This document shows positions 25,045-37,500 of a stretch of DNA of 64,000 nucleotides, one piece after another. This stretch comes from Leucoraja ocellata (Eukaryota): contig JAWMAR010000561.1 of NCBI GenBank assembly GCA_036785375.1, positions 248,001 to 312,000 on the forward strand, given 5' to 3'. Numbering within the stretch: the first letter of the stretch is position 1; every line of letters begins with the position of its first letter. The notes beneath the pieces were generated by a model that worked only from the letters and a program-made list of their open reading frames with translations, was not told the origin of the DNA and did no database searches. The translations under genes were made by a program, and so were the position numbers.

Positions 25045-28000
25045 TAACTGTTTCTTAAATGTTGAGATAGTCACTGCCTCAACTACCTCCTCTGGCAGCT
25101 TGTTCACCCACCTCCTCTGGCAGCTTGTTCACCCTTTGTGTGAAAAAGATACCCCTCAGATTTCTATTAAATCTTTTTCCCTTCACCTTACACTGTTCTC
25201 TATTGTTAAGCTTATCTTAAAACTGGGTTTTATTTCAATGTTATCTTAATCGCTCTTTTTTTTTTCATCTGCATCTATTAATTCAGGTAATATTCAAATT
25301 GGCCCCTCTCCTACATCACAAATGCTCCCAATTCTCTGTCAATTCTAGTTCACAAACGTTCCCGGACCATTGCTGTCTCTATATCACAAACTATGGCTGG
25401 TCACTGTTCATTCTGCATCATAAGGAATCCCAGATCAGAGCACTGAGCCATGAAATAAATTGCATGATTGCTTGACGAAATAGAGGAATGCTAAACTCAG
25501 GAAGAAACAAAGAACTGTAGATGCTGGTTTATACCAAAGATAGACACTAAGTGCTGGAGTAACTCAGTGGGTCAGGCAGCATCTTTGAAGAAAATGGATG
25601 GATATCGTTTCGGGTAGGGACCCTTTATTGGAACAATGAACTGAGCTTTGAAGTGTGCTGCTGTACTGTGAGAGAGGACTTTGTGAGACAAATTGAGATA
25701 AGTTTCCCTTTCGTTACTTAAATGATAAACTAGTGGCACAGCTGGTTGAGATGCTGCCTCACAGCACCAGAGACCCGGGTTCGATCCTGACCTTGAGTGC
25801 AGGCCTGCAAAGTCTGTGTGGAGTTTGCACGTTCTCCTTTGTGATTGTGGTTTCCTCTGGTCTGGGTGCTCCGGTTTCTTCCCACATCCCAAAGATGGCA
25901 AAGATGGGGTTGTAGCTTAAGTGCCCTCGATAAATGCAGCCGAGTGCGTCGGGAGTGGATGCAAAAGTGGGATTACATCGAACGAGTGGGAGTGGGTGAT
26001 CGATGGTCGGTCTATACATTGGACCACCCAAGCCATTATTGAAGAGTGGCAAAGGTTAATCTGGGATACTATTGTACCGTGACCAATGCTTGCTGGGGAC
26101 ATTGGCACCGAATCGTAAAAGGCAAGATGAGGACGTGTCAGGAAACGCTTTACTCAAGCTCAAAGCAATTAATTCCTGGAAAAATCGTCTGGAATGAGTC
26201 AAGCAGCCAAAGAAAATCTGGAATCATTCATCGCACGCTGTGAGTGTGGGACATAGGCTTGTGTACAAAGGGGAGATAGATGGTCAAATGCATCCGTCAG
26301 TTGCTGTGCGATTTTCCTGTCCTTTGCAGGACCCCAAGGTATAGTTATAACCTTACCCAGCACGAGGAAAAAGCTGACTGGCCTGTTGTTAACATCTTGT
26401 CCAACTATTCTTCCCATCCGTTGTGCAGGCAGAATGGTGAGGCATAGTGGGGGCTGCTGAAGAGGGAGCTGAAAATTATTCCTAACGTCACCTCCTAGAG
26501 CTTTTACATCCGATATGTTGTAATGATCGGACTGTAGTCCAACAGCTGGATCGAACCGGCATGGTAGACCAGCCTCGAGCAGCTGTGTAAATAGGCACTG
26601 CTCTAGGGTTGCTGGTGTCAGTTTAAAGTCATGTCAAGATTACTGAGTTATGCTTTGTTAGTGGTTAGAAGTGAAAAGATTTCAAGTATCCAAACAGTCC
26701 GCGTAATGAAATAAAAATACATCGTATCGACCGTGGCTGTACACCGGTCTATCTAGTCCCCAATTAACCCTTGAAGGCCCATCACCATCAGAAACCATTG
26801 CACTGAAGGCCATAACTAGGAGGTCAAAGAGAGGGACTTAAGAGACTGCCGATGGTGGAATCTGGAACTGCAAACAAACTGCTGGAAGAACTCGGTAGGT
26901 TGAGCAGCATCTGTGGGGAAGGAATGGTCATAATTTCGTTTCCATGCAGGGTCTCAACCCAGAACATCAACCATTCCTTACTGCCCCCCCCCCCCCCCCC
27001 CCCCACACACACTCCCTCAGATGCTGCTTGACCCACTGAGTTCCTCCAGTAAGATTGCTTGTGGCAACCAGGAAGTCAACCTCAGTCATTTCCATCTTAA
27101 CTTGTTGTTACGCAGAACAGGAGATTGTGCATATTTACAGAATAAAGTTAATTATGTCCATTTCATCATGAAATAAGATGAAAGGGAGTGGTAACATGGT
27201 GGTGTTGTAACTGGAGTAGTAATCCAAACATCTAAACCACTGAGAGTAAGGTTTACAGGACGGCACGGTGGCGCAGCGGTAGAGTTGTTGTCTTGCAGCG
27301 CCAGAGACTTGTATGTTTATACGTTCTCCCCTTGGCCGTGTGGGTTTTCCCCGGGTGCTCCGGTTTCCTCCCATACTCCAAAGACGTACAGGTTTGTAGG
27401 TTAATTAGCTTCGGTAAAAATTGGAAATGTTCCCTAGTGTGATCGCCAGTCAGCATGGACTGTGGGCTGAAGGGCCTGTTTCCGTGCTGCATCTCTAAAC
27501 TGAACTAAACTAAACTACTAAATGCAGTGACTTAAAACCCCAGCTAGAACGCAAGGATTGTAGATGGAGTCTAGATTAAAAAATATTAAAATGTCTTGTT
27601 CACTTTAATTTAAGGACGGAAAATGCCAGCCTTACTTGGGTCAGACCCTGTGTGAGTCTGGATCTGCATGGTTAACTCACAACTGCCCTCTGAAATGACC
27701 CTGCAAAATCTCCATCGCATGGCTAATAACTGTTCGTCTGGCCACAGTTCCTGAGCGATTTCAAATATCGCTCTGGGGACTATGTGTGGTGACAATTACA
27801 GAAGTATTTATGAATATTGATGTACAGCGGGATCTTGCGGGCCCATGTCCATAGCTCCCTGAAAGTGGCAACACAAGTAGAGAGAGTGGTAAAGAAGGCA
27901 AGTGGTGTACTTGTCTTCATAGTTTGTGACATTGTGTCTGAGAGTGAGAAGGTCATATTACAGCTTTGGTTAGGCTGTATTCACAGTATTGTGTGCAGTT

Positions 28001-29186
28001 CTGGTTGGCCCATTACAGGTAGGATAGAGGTTTATCAGAATGCTGCCTGGATTAGATATAAGGTGAGGTTGGATGAACTTAGAATGTTTTTTCTGGAGCG
28101 TCGGAGGCTGAGGGGAGATCTGTTGGAAGTATATAAATGAGGGGCACAGATGGGCTAGGAGGTCCAAACATCTTTCCCAGGGTGGAAATGTCAAAGACTA
28201 AAAAGTATAGCTGTAACATGAGAGGGGTCAAGTTTAAAGGAAATGCGCGGGGCAAGTTTGTTACCGAGAGAGTGGTCGATGCCTGGAATGCACTTTCAGA
28301 GGCAGATATCATGGCGGTATTTTAAGATTCACACATTGATATGCTGGAAATGGAGGGATATTAAGTAGGAAAACATGGAACTCTTTTGAACAGGTGATCG
28401 ATGGTCAGTGTGAACTCAATGGGCATCGATCACCTGTTCAAAATAGTTCTATGTTTCCGTGCCAAATCTCTAAACTAAATGGCATGCTGGTGCACTGATA
28501 TACACAAAAGAAACTTCACTGCAGCTTTGTCTACCGTGGTAGACTTCCCCCCACCCCACTCCTTTGTTAACGCATCAGTGGCCAATTATCCACTGTGTCT
28601 CAACCTAATTGTCTATAATACGTCATGATGCAAAGCAGACAGATTAATGAGGAAAGGAAGGCACTGCTGTCAGGTGCATCAAGCAAGAAACAATGTCTTT
28701 TGTGTTCGTCAACACCCATCTACCTTGGTCTATCATTTTGCTTGCTCTTCCATCTCTACCCATCCTTTCATACAGTTCTGTCTTTCTCTCTAGCCATTCC
28801 TCTATATACAGTGGCTTGCAAAAGTATTCATACCCCTTGAACTTTTCCACATTTTGTCACGTTACAACCACAAACGTAAATGTATTTTATTGGGATTTTA
28901 TGTGATAGACCAACACAAAGTGGTGCATAATTGTGAAGTGGAAGGAAAATGATACATGGTTTTCAGATTTTTTTACAAATAAAAAACTGAAAAGTGTGCA
29001 TGCAAAAGTATTCAGCCCCCTTTACTCTGATACCCCTAAATAAAATCCAGTGCAACCAATTGCCTTCAGAAGTCACCTAAATAGTAAATAGAGTCCACTT
29101 GTGTGTAATCTAATCTCAGTATAAATACAGGTGTTCTGTGAAGGCCTCAGAGGTTTGTTAGAGAACATTAGTGAACAAACAGCATC

Positions 29187-30569
29187 ATGAAGCCCACGGA
29201 ACACACCAGACAGGTCAGGGATAAAGTTGTGGAGAAGTTTAAAGCAGGGTTAGGTTATAAAAAAAATCCCAAGCTTTAAACACCTCACGGAGCACTGTTC
29301 AATCCATCATCCGAAAATGGAAAGAGTATGGCACAACTGCAAACCTACCAAGACATGGCCGTCCACCTAAACTGACAGGCCGGGCAAGGAGAGCATTGAT
29401 CAGAGAAGCAGCCAAGAGGCCCATGGTAACTCTGGAGGAGCTGCAGAGATCCACAGCTCAGGTGGGAGAATCTGTCCACAGGACAACTATTAGTCGTGCA
29501 CTCCACAAATCGGGCCTTTATGGAAGAGTGGCAAGAAGAAAGCCATTATTGAAAAAAAGCCATAAGAAGTCCCGTTTGCAGTTTGCCACAAGCCATGTGG
29601 GGGACACAGCAAACATGTGGAGGAAGGTGCTCTGGTCAGATGAGACCAAAATTGAAGTTTTTGGCCTAAATGCAAAACGCTATGTGTGGCGGAAAACTAA
29701 CACTGCACATCAGCCTGAACAAACCATCCCCAGTGTGAAACATGGTGATGGCAGCATCATGCTGTGGGGATGCTTTTCTTCAGCAGGGACAGGGAAACAT
29801 AGAAACATAGAAATTAGGTGCAGGAGTAGGCCATTTGGTCCTTCGAGCCTGCACCGCCATTCAGTATGATCATGGCTGATCATCCAACTCAGTATCCCGT
29901 ACCTGCCTTCTCTCCATACCCTCTGATCCCCTTAGCCACAAGGGCCACATCTAACTCCCTCTTAAATATAGCCAATTAACTGGCCTCGACTACCCTCTGT
30001 GGCAGAGAGTTCCAGAGATTCACCACTCTCTGTGTGAAAAAAGTTCTTCTCATCTCAGTTTTAAAGGATTTCCCCCTTATCCTTAAGCTGTGACCCTTTG
30101 TCCTGGACTTCCTCAACATCGGGAGCAATCTTCCTGCATCTAGCCTGTCCAACCCCGCAAACTCGTCAGAGTTGATGGGAAGATGGATGGAGCCAAATAC
30201 AGGGCAATTTTGGAAGAAAACCTGTTAGAGTCTGCAAAAGACTTGAGACTGGGGCGGAGGTTCACCTTCCAGCAGGCCAACTACCCTGAACATACAGCCA
30301 GAGCTACAATGTAATGGTTTAGATCAAAGCATATTAATGTGTTAGAATGGCCCAGTCAAAGTCCAGACCTAAATCCAATTGAGAATCTCTGGCAAGACTT
30401 GAAAATTGCTGTTCACAGACGCTCTCCATCCAATCTGACTGAGCTTGAGCTATTTTGCAAAGAAGGATGGGCAAAAATTTCAGTCTCTAGATGTGCAAAG
30501 CTGGTAGAGACATACCCCAAAAGATTTGCAGCTGTAATTGCAGCGAAAGGTGGTTCTACAAAGTATTGA
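29187..30569 (+). pseudogene. Tc1 DD34E transposase pseudogene
   Basis: MKPTEHTRQVRDKVVEKFKAGLGYKK / frameshift in A-run / ...GRPPKL...VLWSDETK...KHGDGSIMLWGCF, CR1 insertion, ...FQQANYPEH (second catalytic D lost), TAA stop at ~30312, then [15 protein letters not shown]...AKGGSTKY*. Confidence 0.93.
29799..30156 (-). mobile_element. 5'-truncated CR1 3' end inserted inside the Tc1 transposase
   Basis: Starts with the (AAACATAG)n tail; splits the transposase phrase gggAAAC|tcgtcagagttgatggg, with AAAC repeated at 29795 and 30159. Confidence 0.9.
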
Positions 30570-32839
30570 CTCGAGGGCTGAATACTTTTGCACGCCACAC
30601 TTTTCAGTTTTTTATTTGTAAAAAATTTGAAAACCATGTATCATTTTCCTTCCACTTCACAATTATGCACCACTTTGTGTTGGTCTATCACATAAAATCC
30701 CAATAAAATACATTTACGTTTGTGGTTGTAACGTGACAAAATGTGGAAAAGTTCAAGGGGTATGAACACTTTTGCAAGCCACAGTATCTCCTTCATTATT
30801 TTTATCTTTCTGTGTATTCCCTTTTAAAACCCCAGTGCACAATTAATGTCATTTTTGGCCTTCCTTTCTCCTTCATTGTGTACCTTTCACTAACTATTTC
30901 CCCTCCCTCTGTTTGTTGCTCCCTGCTTCCTGCTAGTATTGTGATTGAACAAAACAGACCAAATAACATGAGCCCATGAGACATAGAACGAACTGAAAAT
31001 TCTTCTGATTCGTTATTTTTCTTTGCAACTTTCTTCCCTTATCCTTCTGAATCTGTTGCAGAGACATTTAGCATAGAGACAGGCATTCTGCACATCTTAT
31101 CCATGCTCTCCCAGATGCCCATCTAAGCTCGTCAAATTTGCTTGTGTTTGCTCCATATTTCTTTAAACCTTTCCTATCCATGTAACCGTCCAAATGTCTT
31201 TTAAAAGCTGTTAGAGTACCTGCCTGTAAAGTGATTGCTTCAACCAATTCACTCAATCACAGGTAGGTATGGCTCAGAAGTGCATATTACATAGAATACA
31301 TAGAAATTAGGTGCAGGAGTTGGCCATTCGGCCCTTCGAGTCTGCACCGCCATTCAATATGATCATGGCTGATCATCCAACTCAGTATCCCTACCTGCCT
31401 TCTCTCCATACCCCCTGATCCCTTTAGCCACAAGGGCCACATCTAACTCCCTCTTAAATATAGCCAATGAACTGGCCTCAACTACCCTCTGTGGCAGAGA
31501 GTTCCAGAGATTCACTACTCTCTGTGTGGAAAATGTTTTTCTCATCTCGGTCTTAAAGAATTTTCCCCTTATCTTTAAGCTGTGACCCCTTGTCCTGGAC
31601 TTCCCCAACATCGGGAACAATCTTCCTGCATCTAGCCTATCCAACCGCTTAAGAATTTTGTAAGTTTCTATAAGATATTGATTATGGACCCCCATCAAAC
31701 CTTAGACTTCAGAGATACAGCACGGAAACAGGCTCTTAAACAGAGTTAGAACAAAAAAAAAACAATCTATTGTAGTTCAAGAAGTGAGTTCCATTCGCAA
31801 AGTAGGATTAGGATTGTGCAGATAGACACAAAAAGCTGGAGTAACTCAGCTGGACAGGCAACATCTCTGTAGAGAAGGAATGGATGACTTTTTGGCATTG
31901 AGACCCTTTTCATGATGCATCAGTCTGAAGAAGGATCTCGACTCGAAACATCACCCATTCCTTCTCTACAGAGATGCTGCCTGTCCCACTGAGTTACTCC
32001 AGCTTTTTGTGTCTATCTTCGATTTAAACCAGCTTCTGCATTTCCTTCTTACACATTAGGATTGTGCAGGTTGGTTCAAGAACGATAGTTGTAGGAAAGT
32101 AGCCATTCCTGAACCAGGTCGTGTGCAACTTCAGGCTTCTGTAGCTCCTGCCTGATGATAGCAACGAGAAGAGGACATGGCCCGAATAGTGGGGACCTTT
32201 GATGGTTGATGCTGCCTTGAGGCATCGCCTCATGTAGATGCTTTTGATGGTGGGGAGGGTTAACCCATGATGGACCAGGTTTCTTGCAGGTTCCAATTTG
32301 CACCTCATTATCAGTTTGATTTTTGCTCAGGATCCCACCTGTTTCCAAAATGGTGTTAGTGGGATGTATTCCTGTGATTAGTGCTTTTATCCAAAGATCC
32401 TACAGCAAGCAAGATAGATCACTCGGTGAAAAAGACATAGTACGGTCATGGGCTGATTCATGGGTAATTTTCAGCTCTATTTTCGTAACCGGCTTCCGTA
32501 ACCAGTCAGTCTAAAGAAGGATCTCAAACCAAAATACCACCTATCCAGTCCTCCAGAGATGCTGCCTGACCTTTTCAATTCCTCCAGCACTTTGAGTTTT
32601 ACTTCTGTAGAATGTCAATTATTTCCAGTACAGCACTCCCTTGGAATTGCAGTTTTTGACCCTTGTCTTGTCCACTGCTCCTACGTCAGAAGTGGAACAT
32701 AACGGCGCCAACGCTCTGGCTCGGAGGTGAGGTTGCCACAATTGAGCCGCAGCTATTAACCAGGAGGCAGGTTATTATGAAGTGTGATGTGTTTGTGAAG
32801 CAGCATTCATTGTGTGTCTTCCTCTTGTGCTCATTTCAG

Positions 32840-32976
32840 ATCCAGCGTTCATCCGAGCCCAGTTGATCCCAGATAGCGGTGAAAAGAATGACGATAAACT
32901 TTACTTTTTCTTCCGAGAGAAGTCAATCGACTCTGGCAACTCGGCCGTCCACTCGAGAATAGGAAGGATCTGCCTG
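32840..32976 (+). CDS. SEMA3F: Semaphorin 3F, Sema-domain exon (first exon visible in window)
   Basis: Acceptor tcatttcag|ATCCAG, donor TGCCTG|gtatgt; 137 nt; encodes (D)PAFIRAQLIPDSGEKNDDKLYFFFREKSIDSGNSAVHSRIGRICL, matching the SEMA3F motif IPDSxExNDDKLYFFFRE...RIGRICL. Confidence 0.95.
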
Positions 32977-33153
32977 GTATGTGCGATGGTCAACCTTCTG
33001 AGCAACAGCTAAAATACCGTCGGGCAGATTATCAGGCACCTTATAAAGCACAAGCTATATCTATAAACCTGTTTTATTTGTTCTTTTATGGAGACAGGTG
33101 GTAAAAATATACTGATTTAAACTACTGGAAAGCAAATAAGTAACTTAGCTATA

Positions 33154-33564
33154 CAGACACTCCTCAACTTACACGATAGACGACTTCATGTAAACTCACA
33201 CATATGTAAACAATTCTGTGCGCCGTTCCTGGTGCAGTCAGGGCAGTTTGTAATTTGCACAACACTGTATGATCACTCAAGTTTACAAGCTGGTAATGGC
33301 GGCCGTGCTTACCCAGAAGAACGTGCACTGCAGTAGGGGCCCTAGGCATAGCCAGACGCCATTGAGAGAATGAATACTCTCAGTGGCACCAGGCAGGCAG
33401 CGGATTGGACAGTATCTCTGGAGAACACGGATAGGTGACGGTTCGGGTTTAGACTCTGTGAGTTATTTCAGGCAGGGGATGGGGCTGGTGATTACGACGT
33501 ACATATAATCTGTTTTACGTAAGGGTTTCCGGAACGCAATCCTATGTAAGTTGGGGAGTGTCTG
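33154..33564. mobile_element. Tigger/pogo-like MITE
   Basis: TA|CAGACACTCCTCAACTTAC ... GTAAGTTGGGGAGTGTCTG|TA: 19-bp TIR with 1 mismatch and a TA duplication; contains a PLE-palindrome arm at ~33390-33455. Confidence 0.8.
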
Positions 33565-34322
33565 TATCTTATGTGTGTGCCCCTGGATATTCCAACATAC
33601 CTCGGAAGCAACTCATCAATTTTGGAAGTGTGGGCAAATTGTCTGTGAATCAGAACCCAACAAGGTCCCAGAAACACCAATGAGATCATTAATTGGACAC
33701 TCTAAGAGACACAAAGTGCTGGAGTAACTTAGGAGGTCAGGCAACATCTCTGGAGAACATGGATAGGAGACGTTTCGGGTCCGGACCAGTTTGGTGAAGT
33801 GTCCGGACCCGAAACATCACCGGAGATGCTGCCTGAACTGTTGTAAACTACACCACTTTGTATCTTTTTTTTTGTAAACCAACATCTGCAGTTCCATGTG
33901 TCTTTGTTTGGTTTTTATGTTTTCATAGATTAAAGTTTGCAAAGGGACCAAGAAATTAAAAGAATCTTTCATGGATAAGGATACCTCGCTCAGCACATGC
34001 ATAAATCTACAGCGCCAGAGACCCCGGTTCGATCCTGACTACGGGTACTCTCTCTTCGGAGTTTGTGCGTTCTCCCAGTGACTGCGTGGGTTTTCTCCGG
34101 GTGCTCCAGTTTCGTCCCACACTCCAAAGACGTAAAGTCTTGTAGGTTAATTGGCTTCTGAAAATTTACCCCTAGTGTGTAGGATAGAACTAGTGTATGG
34201 GTGATCAATGGTCGGCACAGACTCAGTGGGCCGAAGGGCCTGTTTCCACACTGTATCTCTAAACTAAACTAGTGTCCAGGTCTAATGAATGAAAATTGAC
34301 TGAGAATGATTGCCTTGATTAG

Positions 34323-34589
<267 letters not shown>

Positions 34590-37500
34590 TAAAGGTTGCC
34601 GGGCTGATGGAAGAGTGTTTCTGTTAGCACTCTCTGTTTTCACAGCACAATCTGTTAGCACTCTCATTTCAGCAGCATCTAGTGGCAATAATGAGGATTT
34701 GCAAGCAGGCTCTGGCTTGGAATTCATAGCCATAGACTCACACAGCATCGAAACAGGCCCTTCGGCCCACCATGCCTATGCTGACAATCATACACCTATC
34801 TACACCAATTCCATTTACCAACACTTGGTCCTTAGCCTCCCTTGGAGGCTCTGAGGAGGATACAAGGAGAGGTAGCCATCAGGTGAGATGTTATGGCGAG
34901 GGGGGAAAGATTTAATAGGAACCAGAGGGGCAACTTTATTTACACAAAGGGTGGTAGGTGTATGGAACGAGCTGCCATGGGAGGCAGTAGAGGCAGGTAC
35001 TATCACAACATTCAAAAAACATTTGGACAGGTACATGGATAAGATAGTTCAGAGGGATATGGGTCAAATGCAGACAGGTGGGACTAGTGTAGTTGGGGCA
35101 TGTTGGTTGGCATGAGTAAAGTGGACCAAAGGGCCTGTTTACTTGCTGAATTACTCCATGACTCAATGAGATGGAACCGGTTGGATAACTCTATTGAAGT
35201 GCCATCATAAAGAGAGAGGGCTGAATGGCCTCCTTCAGTGCCCAGTAACTCTATATGTTTTTAAATTCAGTTTGATGATTCTTGGCAATTCAAATACCAG
35301 TTCAGATCTTTTTTTAAATGCTGTGAAACTATCTGCCTCCACCAGCCACTAATTACATGAAGAACTCCCTCTGTTGGAGCTCTCAAACTGTTTATATCAT
35401 GCAACATGTTCCAGATATCAATCACCCTTTGCGAGAGCAAAAACTTCCTCGGATCACTTCTAAACTTCTTTCTTAACCTTAATTCACACCCAAATTCCAA
35501 ATGCTCTTCTTCCCCCTGCTCAAGATGAACTTGGAAGATTTTAGGAGGAGGTTATCGAGTTAATTTCCACTTGACGGTGCAGTGGGAGGATGTACTGGCT
35601 GTTATCTGTTCTCTGTCTCTCCATTCTGGGTACTCCGCTACAAATGGCCATTGCCTGCACCATAAAATCGTAAGCCCCTTTGTTAAAGGTCACAGCTACT
35701 TCTAAACAGAGATGGTTTCCACATGTTAGGCTTTCAATCAAAGTCAAGGAGAAGTCCTAAGTAGAGATTGGGTAATGATGCCTAAGTGAAGAGTAATAGT
35801 GCCGGGTTTCAGCCGAGGGGTTGCTGTGGGTTGTGAGGAGAATCGCTTGTTCAGTCAGTCTGTCCAGATCTATTACACAGTGAGTCCGTGGAGCAGAAGA
35901 ACCACCAGCATCTCTATAGTCTGTCAGGTGCATTGACTCAGTTAACACTGTGGTCCAGTCCGTGCCATGTTTAGTTTAGTCTAGTTTATTATTGTCAGGT
36001 GTACAGTAAAGAGCTTTTGTTTGGGTGACAACCAGTCAAAGACTAGACTTTAGACTTTAAATTTAGAGATACAGCATGGAAATAGGCCCTTCAGCCCACT
36101 GAGTCCATGCCAACCAACGACCACACTAACTCTATCCTACACACGAGGGACAATTTACAATTATTACCGAAGCTAATCAACCTACAAACATGTACGTCTT
36201 TGGAATGTGGGAGGAAACCGGAGCACCCGGAGCAAACCCATGCAGTTGTATGGGGAACATACAAACTCCGTCCAAACAGAATTCATAGTCAAGATCGAAT
36301 CCAAGCCACTGGCGCTGTAAGGCAGCAACTCTACCGCTGTACTGCCTGACACGTGATTACAATCAAACCATCCACAGTGTTCAGATAAAGGATAAAGGGT
36401 ACAACATTTAGTGCAAGATAAAGTCTGATTAAAGATGGTTCAAAGGTCTCCAATCAGTTAGGTGGGAGGTCAGGACCATTCTCTAGCTTATGAGAGGAAC
36501 ATTCAGTTGCTGATAACAGCTGGGAAGAAACTGTCCCTGAATCTGGAGGTGTGTGTTTTCAAGCTTCTGCACTTCGTGCCTGATGGGAGAGGGGAGAAGA
36601 GCGAGTGACCAGGGTGACACTGGTCCACGATTACACGGGTGGCCTGGCTGAGGCAGCGTGAAGTGTAGATGGACCATGAATATGACCAAGCAATGGCCCA
36701 AAGATGCACTCAGGCCCAGAATGCACTCTACTTGAGTATGCATCTTAGCTCAGTGTAGCCAGTGATTGCTCATGTACCCTCATCCTGTGTGTAGAGGTGG
36801 CGCAGTGGTAGAGTTGCTGTCTTACAGAGCCAGAGACCTGGGTTCCATCCTGACTACGGTGCTCTCTGTACGGGACCGCATGGGTTTTCTCCAGGTGCTC
36901 CAGTTTCCTTCCACACTCCAAAGATATGCAGGTTTGTAGGTTAATTTGCTTCTGTAAATTGTCCCAAGTGTGTGGGATAGGGCTAGTGTATGGGTGAACT
37001 AAACATACCCAATTCTGTACAGATAATAGAGCTGCTGTCTCACATCTCCAGTGACCCCTGACTTTAAGGGCTGTCTGTGTGGGGTTTTTCACATTCCCTA
37101 TGAGACCACATTTTCTTTTAAACTACAGGTATATTCAGAATAAATATATTTACAAAACCAAAACCGTGCAAAAACTCTTCAGGCATTTTCAGCATCTATA
37201 CATTCATTAGTGTCATACCCAGTATTGTTCGCAATTGACTTTAAGCAAAACTAAATACCCATGCTACTCATGTGGCCTCCTGGGGTGATATCCCTTCCCC
37301 TGTTTGAGGAGTGTCCCCACCAGACTCTGAGACTACATGGGTTTCCTCTAGGTCCTCTGTAGTCTTTCCACATCCTAAGAATGTGCATGGTTATCTTTTG
37401 TATCAAAAATAATTAATTTACGAACACGATACAAAACAAAACAGTGGTAACACACCCCCCACCATAGCACAAAATCACCAAATCACCAATGTTTCGGGCC

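Larger units (their letters stand above)
28809..30784 (+). mobile_element. Full-length Tc1-family DNA transposon, Passport/Glan/Eagle-like (IR/DR type), inactive
   Basis: TA|CAGTGGCTTGCAAAAGTATTCA ... TTTTGCAAGCCACAG|TA; ~210-bp TIRs (28809-~29019 and ~30575-30784), each with two GCAAAAGTATTCA-type direct repeats; internal transposase gene. Confidence 0.95.

Noticed and set aside
25084-25133. 25-bp tandem duplication cctcctctggcagcttgttcaccc(a) in a CR1 fragment
   Set aside because: Ordinary local slippage in a dead repeat, with no functional implication.
26039-26059. TTG AAG AGT GGC AAA GGT (LKSGKG), resembling SEMA3F LESGKGKCPYDP
   Set aside because: Followed immediately by TAA, with no CPYDP, no acceptor and no flanking similarity; chance match.
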